64,000 nucleotides of DNA. It comes from Candidatus Nealsonbacteria bacterium. Lineage in GTDB: Bacteria; Patescibacteriota; Minisyncoccia; Minisyncoccales; JANBVM01. The notes beneath the pieces were generated by a model. The model was not told the DNA's origin and did no database searches. It worked only from the letters and a program-made list of their open reading frames with translations. The stretch lies in assembly GCA_026016225.1 (NCBI GenBank), contig CP061210.1, forward strand, positions 386,000-449,999, read 5' to 3'. Shown piece after piece: positions 30,372 through 37,457 of this stretch (positions are counted from its first letter, which is position 1; every line of letters starts with the position of its first letter). Both the position numbers and the translations under genes were made by a program.

Positions 30372-30524
30372 ATGCCATTTACAAAAGCCAACCTTTATAA
30401 AGATGCAGTAGCTTTGGCAAAAGAGCTTTTTAGGAATGGGGAGGCCTCGAAGTTTGGATCTCTCGAAAGCATTATCAAAGAAATTTTCGAGACATTAAAA
30501 GAAATAAACGAAGAAATAGAGTAA
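30372..30524 (+). CDS. hypothetical 50-aa helical protein (below the ORF-track cutoff)
   Basis: Hand-translated as MPFTKANLYKDAVALAKELFRNGEASKFGSLESIIKEIFETLKEINEEIE. It ends directly at a cassette-end element. Confidence 0.3.
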   Translation: MPFTKANLYKDAVALAKELFRNGEASKFGSLESIIKEIFETLKEINEEIE

Positions 30525-30590
30525 TTAATACTGTGCAACATTTAATTTTTAATAGAAACCGTTAGGGTAGACAACTAACGTTTTTTTATT
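30523..30590 (+). repeat. cassette-end element copy 1: site TTAATACTGTGCAACATTTAAT + hairpin CGTTAG/CTAACG + T7
   Basis: About 80 percent identical by hand alignment to 35177-35245. The hairpin at 30560-30580 plus the T-run acts as a terminator. Confidence 0.75.
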
Positions 30591-30644
30591 TTTATTGACC
30601 TTTTTTAGAAATAGAGCTATTTTGAAGGTGGATAAATTTAATCT

Positions 30645-31555
30645 ATGAAAGAAAAAATTAAGAAAATTTTAAAATTGGGGTTTATTTCTACTTTGATGTG
30701 TTTAGGCTTAGTCTTTCTTATCGCTATTATTTCGCCAGACTCTTCTCTGCTTGAAGAAAAACTTCCTGCTTCAATTCACGAAGGCATAGAGAAGGAACAA
30801 CCTCCCCTCAATCACAAAAGGAATCTCAAAAGGAAAAATCTGAATCTCAACCCCAACCCGAACCTGAGCTCGAACCAGAACCTTGTGCTAATATAACTTG
30901 TCTTTCTTGTAAGTATTGTGATTCTGGAATTTGCGTTAATTATTGTAAGGGCGATGACACTAGTTGTGGTTGCAATTCTTGTATTAACTGCAATAGCTCG
31001 GATGGTTGGGTAACTAGAGGTTCTTCGTATTCTTGCTGTGAGGGAAACAAGAAATGTGTCTGTCAAAACCAAGAATACCGTGATTACTACTGTTTGGGAA
31101 ATTCTTGCACCTATTTAATAACAAATAACAGAACTAACAAAACTAACTGTTATGAGTGTGCTTCTTATCAGTATTGTTCAGGAGGAACCTGTTATACCGA
31201 ATCTCAGGAAGAGATAATATGTTCTTACGATGCCTATAACTGTTCTAATTTCTCTACTCACGCAGAAGCTCAGAATATATTCGAATATTGTGGCGGAGTT
31301 AGTAATGATATCCACTATCTTGACGGAGATAACGATGGAATAGCCTGTGAAAGTCTAATTTCCAGCCCCACATCTCCTCCCGAATCTTCTTCTCCTAACT
31401 CATCCATAATTTGTTCCTATAATGCATATAATTGCTCACAGTTTTCTACTCACGAAGAAGCTCAATCAGTTTTTGAATACTGTGGAGGAGTAAGTAATGA
31501 CATTCATCGGCTTGATGGAGATAATGATGGAATAGCTTGTGAAAGTTTACCTTAA
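30645..31555 (+). pseudogene. secreted Cys-rich protein with two Excalibur Ca-binding domains, interrupted by a frameshift at a C4 run
   Basis: The signal/TM N-terminus is in frame 0. The P/Q/E linker, Cys-rich region and both Excalibur repeats (DGDNDGIACESL) are in frame 2. One extra C at 30804-30807 would fuse the two frames. Confidence 0.6.
31214..31549 (+). repeat. tandem duplication of a 144-bp Excalibur-domain unit (31214-31357 and 31406-31549)
   Basis: The encoded 48-aa units IICSY(D/N)AYNCS...LDGDNDGIACESL are near-identical. Confidence 0.85.
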
Positions 31556-31674
31556 AATGGAAAGTTTCTAATTTTTAATTAAAAAACCCATCGTTGAGCA
31601 ATTAATGTCGGACGAGGCATAAAAAGAGAAACAAGACTGAAGAATATTGAAAATCATAAAATTAAATAACTATT

Positions 31675-31860
31675 ATGGCTACTCTTTTTAAAGTTGATAC
31701 TTGGGAATTTATAAAAGAACTCGTTAAGAGCACGTGGTTTGCCTTGTGGTATTTTTTTATTAAGCCATTCTGGTGGCTTTTTTTGATTATAATTTTGGTG
31801 GGAGTTCTAAAAAGATGGCTTCCAGACATTATTAATAAACTAAAAAGTAAAGTAAAATAA
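31675..31860 (+). CDS. hypothetical small membrane protein
   Basis: 61 aa, aromatic-rich TM segment. A fully overlapping antisense ORF makes the call uncertain. Confidence 0.35.
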   Translation: MATLFKVDTWEFIKELVKSTWFALWYFFIKPFWWLFLIIILVGVLKRWLPDIINKLKSKVK

Positions 31861-31867
31861 ACCAATG

Positions 31868-31889
31868 TCGAACAAGGTATCTTGTCCGA
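31868..31889. repeat. 22-bp imperfect palindromic island site TCGAACAA-GGTATC-TTGTCCGA
   Basis: Arms match 7 of 8 as inverted repeats. Same half-site as the TTGTGCGA family. Confidence 0.7.
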
Positions 31890-32134
31890 ATATAGAAAAA
31901 GTCGAAGAATTAATTTAGTAGAAGATATTGGTGGAGTTCAGATTTTAAACGTGAAGGTTTGATTAAAGTCGGATTACGTTCTAGATTAAGAAAATAACGT
32001 CTAAAGATAAATAGAAAAAGCTCATCGTTGGACGATTTTTTATTCCTTGAGTTTTTCAAAAAATCAGTCTATTCTGAAAGTAGAAAGATATTTTTTAGAA
32101 AAAATAGTAAAAAAAATAATGAGTTTCTTAAAAC

Positions 32135-33775
32135 ATGGCTATTATCGCTCCAAAACCCAAATCTCTTAAGGAATTAATTCGAGATAAGTACTATCGGGTA
32201 CCACTATATCAAAGATCCTATGATTGGGAAATCGATAAGGTATCTGTACTTTGGGATGATGTATATAAAAACGCTCCCGGTTATTTTTTAGGTATAGTTC
32301 TTTTTAAACCTGGGTCAGAATCCGACCTACACCCTGTTAAATTTGAGATTGTGGATGGTCAACAACGATTGGCTACTCTTCTATTGCTTCTACGTGCTGC
32401 TGTTGAGACACTTGAACAAGCGGGGTCTAAAGATATAGCACATGAATTTCAGAGGGATTACATTAACCAAAAGTCAGCTGGGGAGAAAGAATCACGAATG
32501 ACATTAATTTTAAATAAACGCGATAAAGATAAATTTGAGCATCTTTTACTTGGCGAGCAATTTCGAATTAAAAAGAAATTGTCTTCGTGGAAAAATTTAG
32601 ACAAAGCAATCCAATTTTTTCGCGAAAAATTCGGCAATCTTATTAAGGAGCAAGGTAAAGATGGCATAATTAATTTTATAAACAGAAGAATTTTGAAACT
32701 TTCATTTACCGAAATACTTTTGGGTACCGACAGCGATGTTTATCAATTTTTTGAGACATTGAATGATAGAGGAATGGATCTATCTATTGCTGATTTAGTA
32801 AAAAATCGTGTTTGTGCAGAGGCGTCCAAGCAGAAAGCTGATGTAGAAGAAAGTGCTCTGACGATAGATAAAATTTCAGAGGAGCTTGGTTCGGGTAAAT
32901 TAAAAGGGTTTCTCCTTCATTATTGTTGGGCTAATGACGAAGGGAAAGAGCCTACACCTAGGAAGAAACTCATGGTTTGGTACGGTAATCGAGTTAGTAA
33001 GGCCGATAAAATTAACAACTTTTTAGACCATTTAGAAACATATGCTCTACAGTACTATATCAATTTTGTGAAACCAAATAAGTGTACCGATTCGAAAAAA
33101 AGAACGGCATTTACTTATTTAGATGCTTTGGGAGCAACACGTTGTTATCCTTTACTTTTGACGGGGGAAGAATCTCTAAAGAAAAAAGATTTTCTTAGCT
33201 TGTGCAATGCGATTGAGATCTTAACATTTCGCCATAGCACCATTCTGAAAAGGGACGCGAAAGTCCTTGAGGGTGTTTTCTTTAACATGATAAGAAATCT
33301 TAGAAAACGAAAACCCATTAAGGAAATCTTAGAAATTTTCAAAAGACAAAATGCCATGAAAGCTGACGAACAATTTAAGTTGGCTTTCGCTGAATTTATA
33401 CCAGCAAATCATAAAATAGCCAGGTATACCCTTTCAAAAATTGAAGAAGTTATGATTGGTAAAAAGCAAGCACCTCTTTCTTGGGACAACCTTACGCTCG
33501 AACATATATTGGCAGAAAAACTCGATTGGGAAGGACGAGAGGAATATCTAGAACGGTTGGGTAATTTAACTTTATTGTCACCTGGGATGAACATTGATGC
33601 TGCCAATGAACCTTTTAAAGAGAAGCGTAAACGGGTTTATAAAGTGGAAAAGCGCATTAAAATCACCAAAGACTTGACTAGTTTTCCTGATTTTACGAAA
33701 GATACAGTTATTTCACGCCAAAAAGATTTCGCTAAGCTTGCAATTAAAATTTGGAATTCTAAGAGAATATCATAA
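32135..33775 (+). CDS. DUF262/DUF1524 fusion nuclease (GmrSD-family, type IV restriction-like)
   Basis: N-terminal YRVPLYQRSYDWE and DGQQRL (DUF262). C-terminal LEHILAEK...GNLTLLSPGMN His-Me finger (DUF1524). Confidence 0.8.
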   Translation: MAIIAPKPKSLKELIRDKYYRVPLYQRSYDWEIDKVSVLWDDVYKNAPGYFLGIVLFKPGSESDLHPVKFEIVDGQQRLATLLLLLRAAVETLEQAGSKDIAHEFQRDYINQKSAGEKESRMTLILNKRDKDKFEHLLLGEQFRIKKKLSSWKNLDKAIQFFREKFGNLIKEQGKDGIINFINRRILKLSFTEILLGTDSDVYQFFETLNDRGMDLSIADLVKNRVCAEASKQKADVEESALTIDKISEELGSGKLKGFLLHYCWANDEGKEPTPRKKLMVWYGNRVSKADKINNFLDHLETYALQYYINFVKPNKCTDSKKRTAFTYLDALGATRCYPLLLTGEESLKKKDFLSLCNAIEILTFRHSTILKRDAKVLEGVFFNMIRNLRKRKPIKEILEIFKRQNAMKADEQFKLAFAEFIPANHKIARYTLSKIEEVMIGKKQAPLSWDNLTLEHILAEKLDWEGREEYLERLGNLTLLSPGMNIDAANEPFKEKRKRVYKVEKRIKITKDLTSFPDFTKDTVISRQKDFAKLAIKIWNSKRIS

Positions 33776-33817
33776 AAAACCGTTTAGGCCGTCATTAGAC
33801 TACAATTCTTATTAACG

Positions 33818-33839
33818 TCGCACAATACACCTTGTGAGA
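33818..33839. repeat. 22-bp imperfect palindromic island site TCGCACAA-TACACC-TTGTGAGA
   Basis: Read directly. Preceded by ATTAACG as in the 37351 copy. Confidence 0.65.
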
Positions 33840-33891
33840 CCATCTTCTCATAAGGTATAAAAACCGTCATCAGTTAATAAAAAATGATTTT

Positions 33892-34114
33892 ATGCTGATT
33901 AAAGTTAAGGTTTTCCCGGCCTCAAAAGAAGAAAAAATAATAAAAAAGAAGGAGGATAGCTTTGAGATTAGGGTTAAAGAAAAACCCATCAGGGGAGAGG
34001 CAAATAGAGCAGTAATTGATGTTTTATCCAATTTTTTTTAATGTTCCAAAAGATAAAATTAAATTAATAAAAGGATTTAAACAAAGAAATAAAATCTTTG
34101 AAATAGCTATATAA
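33892..34114 (+). pseudogene. DUF167 (YggU-like) gene split by a +1 frameshift in a T8 run
   Basis: MLIKVKVFPASKEEKII...RGEANRAVIDVLSNFF stops at 34041. The next frame continues NVPKDKIKLIKGFKQRNKIFEIAI. T8 lies at 34032-34039. Confidence 0.65.
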
Positions 34115-34157
34115 TGCTATGTTAAGAATCGTTGGAGTGGGCGACTAACGGTTTTTT
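34105..34157 (+). repeat. degenerate third copy of the cassette-end element (hairpin CGTTGG/CTAACG + T6)
   Basis: The hairpin at 34130-34150 matches the stems at 30560 and 35215. The site part is barely recognisable. Confidence 0.45.
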
Positions 34158-34168
34158 ATTTACATTGG

Positions 34169-34237
34169 CCTTTTTCAACTTCACAGTACTCAAGGAAATC
34201 GGGGATATGTTTTAAAATTGGCTTGTCAGATTTTTTT
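34169..34237 (-). pseudogene. relic of the first ~23 codons of a second tyrosine recombinase gene
   Basis: 56 of 68 nt identical to 36129-36196. It encodes KKSDKPILKHIPDFLEYCEVEKG versus MKKSKTPIIKHIPDFLDYCEVEKG. The start codon is lost. Confidence 0.75.
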
Positions 34238-34300
34238 CCTTTGTTGGTTTAAACAGATATTCTTGACAAAAGTTTTTTATGTTATAGTAAAAAAAGAGGT

Positions 34301-34801
34301 ATGAATAGAAAGAAATATAAGGTAATCTTGCATTACATCATTAAAGAATGCGGGAGTAAGCCTAATTTTGGAAAAACAGTCTTGTGGAAGCTTTTGTATT
34401 TTGCAGATTTTGACTTTTACGAGCTTTATGAGAAGCATCTTATTGGTGAGAAATATAAGAACATAAAGTATGGTCCAGCTCCTGTGCGTTTTAATAAAAT
34501 AATAGGAGAACTAAAATCGGAGAAAAAGGTTAAAGAAGTAAAAGAAAAAATTGGACGCTATGATAAAAAAAGATATATTGCATTAGAGGAACCCAATTTA
34601 GAAGTCCTTTCAGGTAATGAAAAAGAGTTGCTTGACAACATGATAAAGAGATATGGGTCTTACAATGCTTCTCAAATAGAGGAAGTCTCGCATAAGGATA
34701 TTCCGGTAAGAGCCACTGGAAGGGGAGAGCTAATTGAGTATGAACTTGTTTTCTATCGTGAGCCTCCGTTCAGTATTCGTTCTTATGAAAAAAAGGAGTA
34801 A
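34301..34801 (+). CDS. Panacea/DUF4065 (SocA-like) antitoxin-domain protein
   Basis: GKTVLWKLLYFADFDFYELYEKHLIGEKYKNIKYGPAP matches the DUF4065 signature. Confidence 0.7.
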   Translation: MNRKKYKVILHYIIKECGSKPNFGKTVLWKLLYFADFDFYELYEKHLIGEKYKNIKYGPAPVRFNKIIGELKSEKKVKEVKEKIGRYDKKRYIALEEPNLEVLSGNEKELLDNMIKRYGSYNASQIEEVSHKDIPVRATGRGELIEYELVFYREPPFSIRSYEKKE

Positions 34802-34806
34802 GAGAT

Positions 34807-35172
34807 ATGAAGATAGAGCAAGTTGATGAATTCAATAAGGATGTTAAAAAATTAGAAAAGAAATTCCGCACGATACGAGCAGATTTAGAGAACTTCAAAA
34901 AAATTTTAATTATCAACCCAGAGAAATTAGTAGGAGCTATCCCTGTACATTATCAAGAAGTTAAAATAAATCCAAAAGTAAAGGTATATAAAGCAAAAAA
35001 ATTTAGATGTAGGTATCTAAAAGGTAGAGGTTGTTTCAGCGGCATAAGAGTTATATACGGTTTCTGGTGGGCTGTTCAAAAAATTACTTTATTAGAAATT
35101 TATTATAAAAAGAAGAGGAAAAAGGATTGTGATTTAGAAAGGCTAAAATATTACTTTGGAGTACAAACATAA
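34807..35172 (+). CDS. putative cognate toxin (RelE/ParE-like features)
   Basis: 5-nt gap after the antitoxin gene, 121 aa, FNKDVKKLEKKF start and GIRVIYGF core typical of RelE/ParE-fold toxins. Confidence 0.45.
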   Translation: MKIEQVDEFNKDVKKLEKKFRTIRADLENFKKILIINPEKLVGAIPVHYQEVKINPKVKVYKAKKFRCRYLKGRGCFSGIRVIYGFWWAVQKITLLEIYYKKKRKKDCDLERLKYYFGVQT

Positions 35173-35176
35173 ACTC

Positions 35177-35245
35177 AATTAATATTGTGCGACATTTAAT
35201 AAGTGAGAGAAAACCATTAGGGTAGGCAGCTAACGGTTTTTTTTA
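35177..35245 (+). repeat. cassette-end element copy 2: site TTAATATTGTGCGACATTTAAT + hairpin + T8
   Basis: Stem AAACCATTAG/CTAACGGTTT at 35211-35239. Serves as a bidirectional terminator between the toxin gene and the recombinase gene. Confidence 0.75.
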
Positions 35246-36199
35246 TTCCTTCAGATTTTTACCACTGTGGAATTTACGATGAATGTCTCGAAGCCGCTTG
35301 CTTGTTACGTGAGTATATATTTGGGTTGTGACAATGTTTTTGTGGCCCAAAAATTCTTGGATGGTTCTTAAATCAACGCCTTGGGTTAGGAGATCGGTTG
35401 CCATACTGTGGCGGAGAGTGTGGGGAGTAGTAAATATAGGGATACCGGCTAAGATTGCATATTTTTTAACGATTCTTTCTATAGAACGAGACGTTAAGCG
35501 GGCGTCTGCACCCCTTTTAGATCTATAGTTGATAAATAGGGCTTTTTCTTTGTCTTTTCTTGTTTCCAAATATTTTTTAAGCCAAGACAAAGCTCTTTCT
35601 GAAAAATAGACTGTTCGGGGATGACCTCCTTTACCAATAACACTGAGCTCCAACCCTTTTTTGTTTTCTATATTGGCAAATTGTTCTTTATTGAGGGCCA
35701 CTAATTCAGCTATTCTTAAGCCAGTTGAGAAAAGTGCTTCCAAAATAGCCTTATTTCTTAAACCAATAGGGCTTTTGGTGCCAGGAGCTAGTAAAAGTCT
35801 CTCAACTTGCTCTAAACTGAGGAATTTGACTGTTTTTCCCTTTTTAGCGTCCTTTGGGAGCTTTATTTTATCAGCAGGCAATGAAACTATATCTTTGGCT
35901 GTGAAATAGCTTAGGAGGGCTCTCAGGGCGATTAGATAGTAGTTCTGGGTTATTTTCTTCAGGGGTTTACCCTTATAATGCTTAAATCTTGATAAATAGA
36001 GCCGGTAGTCCCAAATATCGTCTGTAGTCAGTTGGTGGGGCCTTAAATCCTCTTTTTTTGCCCTTTTTAGCCAGGAGACGAACTTCTGGAGGTAGCGCTG
36101 ATAATTTTCCTGTGTTTTATTAGATAATCCTTTTTCTACTTCACAATAATCCAGAAAGTCGGGGATATGTTTTATAATTGGTGTCTTTGATTTTTTCAT
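35243..36199 (-). CDS. tyrosine site-specific recombinase, XerC/XerD-like
   Basis: SAM-like N-domain. Catalytic residues in GLRIAEL, HTLRHS, LGH and IYTHV. No IntI-type insertion. Confidence 0.9.
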   Translation of the reverse strand: MKKSKTPIIKHIPDFLDYCEVEKGLSNKTQENYQRYLQKFVSWLKRAKKEDLRPHQLTTDDIWDYRLYLSRFKHYKGKPLKKITQNYYLIALRALLSYFTAKDIVSLPADKIKLPKDAKKGKTVKFLSLEQVERLLLAPGTKSPIGLRNKAILEALFSTGLRIAELVALNKEQFANIENKKGLELSVIGKGGHPRTVYFSERALSWLKKYLETRKDKEKALFINYRSKRGADARLTSRSIERIVKKYAILAGIPIFTTPHTLRHSMATDLLTQGVDLRTIQEFLGHKNIVTTQIYTHVTSKRLRDIHRKFHSGKNLKE

Positions 36200-36296
36200 A
36201 AATTATTTTTTATATTTTTACCTATTCTCTAAGAGTAAAAATTGAGTATTTGGGGGAGAGGTTCTAATGGAACCCTTTTGTCATATATATTAAATG

Positions 36297-36318
36297 TCGC
36301 TTAACCTACATTGTGCGA
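36297..36318. repeat. 22-bp imperfect palindromic island site TCGCTTAA-CCTACA-TTGTGCGA
   Basis: Flanked by AATG / CATT (AATGTCGC...GCGACATT). About 100 bp upstream of the recombinase start. Confidence 0.65.
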
Positions 36319-36387
36319 CATTATATCTATATATATTGTACCGTGTCAAAACACGGTGTCAAGTACTCCCCTATAAGGTATTTACAT

Positions 36388-36417
36388 GAAAAAACTATCT
36401 CTTACTAGATAGCTTTT
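36388..36417 (-). terminator. rho-independent terminator after the RT-partner gene
   Basis: On the minus strand, AAAAGCTATCT-agtaag-AGATAGTTTTTT. Confidence 0.55.
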
Positions 36418-36424
36418 ATTTTTA

Positions 36425-37291
36425 CTATTTTTCTTCTTGTTTATTAAAAAGCTCTGCTTGTAACTTTTGTACCTCAAAAACATCAAGAAGTGTTACCTTT
36501 AAATTCTCATCAATATGAGCCTTACACTTCACTTTTACGGGTCCCTTATAGAGAAAATATGGATATAATTCTTCTGGATTTTCATTAGCAAAACGATAAG
36601 TAACTCTTGTTCCGTCATTTAAAATAAAGAATCCTTTATTTGTTGATTTGGTTAAAGAGTTAAAGGCTCCAACTAACCAGAGCTCTTTTGTCTTTGTTAT
36701 TGAAACAGTCTCTGTGTCAAAATATATTTTTTCATCAAAGGTTATTTTTTCTTTCAACTCCTTTTTTTTATGGATTACCTTAATTTCTGCCGAATCTACC
36801 CTACCCTTCTCCAGTGGTTTAGCAATTTTTGCAAGATCGGGGTCTAAAATACGTTCTTTAAATAACTGGAACACATCCACAGGGATTTCTATTGTTACAT
36901 TTTTACTGTTTTTAACCGATATTAGAGTATTATCAGCCCCTGTTATTTTTTCAGTATATGGTTGGTTTCCAGTATGTTTCTTTAATTGAATAACACCTAG
37001 AATAATAGTAACTACAGTAAAAGCACCTCCCCCCAGCATTGCGCTTATAGCTTGTATTTGGTCTGAGTGTGCGCCAATCCATTCCCATGCCTCTAATAAT
37101 ATATCAAATGAGCCCCCTTCTACACCAACAATTCTTAATTTATGTTCTGAAGTAAATCCTTTATTACTAACGACCTTTCCATACGCGCTCGCAAATCCCT
37201 GAAGAACCGGTATTATGTCTTCAATTGACATCGTTCCATCGTCAACATCTTTTCCGGTATATTTTAAAGTTACCCTAAGTGACTCTTTCAT
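36425..37291 (-). CDS. hypothetical single-TM protein downstream of the reverse transcriptase
   Basis: 288 aa with a central hydrophobic helix AISAMLGGGAFTVVTIILGVIQL and a beta-rich C-terminal half. No motif recognised. Confidence 0.6.
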   Translation of the reverse strand: MKESLRVTLKYTGKDVDDGTMSIEDIIPVLQGFASAYGKVVSNKGFTSEHKLRIVGVEGGSFDILLEAWEWIGAHSDQIQAISAMLGGGAFTVVTIILGVIQLKKHTGNQPYTEKITGADNTLISVKNSKNVTIEIPVDVFQLFKERILDPDLAKIAKPLEKGRVDSAEIKVIHKKKELKEKITFDEKIYFDTETVSITKTKELWLVGAFNSLTKSTNKGFFILNDGTRVTYRFANENPEELYPYFLYKGPVKVKCKAHIDENLKVTLLDVFEVQKLQAELFNKQEEK

Positions 37292-37353
37292 ATTTTTATT
37301 ATAGCAAATTATTTTGATTAGTTCCCTATCCTAATAGCTCTACATAGGCTATT

Positions 37354-37396
37354 AAACGTCGCACAATATTAAGTCTGATATCTGCACACATTATTT
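37354..37396. repeat. right copy of the 43-bp inverted repeat (partner 25120..25162)
   Basis: 39 of 43 identical in inverted orientation. Contains the site ATTAAACGTCGCACAATATTAAG at 37351-37373. Confidence 0.8.
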
Positions 37397-37457
37397 ACCT
37401 AATAATGCCTAATATGCCTTGTACGATACTTATACAACTTAAATACCAAATTCGCTT

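Noticed and set aside
30812-31072. Minus-strand ORF of 86 aa over the Cys-rich region
   Set aside because: It lies entirely antisense to the frame-2 continuation of the Excalibur protein, which has clear domain content.
34263-34288. TTGACA ... TATAGT as the promoter of the Panacea antitoxin gene
   Set aside because: The spacer is only 14 nt, which is too short for a standard sigma70 promoter. TGTTATAGT might act as an extended -10, but I did not list it as a feature.
30556-35245. Integron interpretation (hairpins cGTTAG...CTAACg as attC sites, Xer-like gene as IntI)
   Set aside because: The recombinase lacks the IntI-specific insertion. The hairpins are short, are followed by T-runs like terminators, and recur outside the island (22063). 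There is no attI/Pc arrangement, and cassettes are multi-gene and in both orientations.
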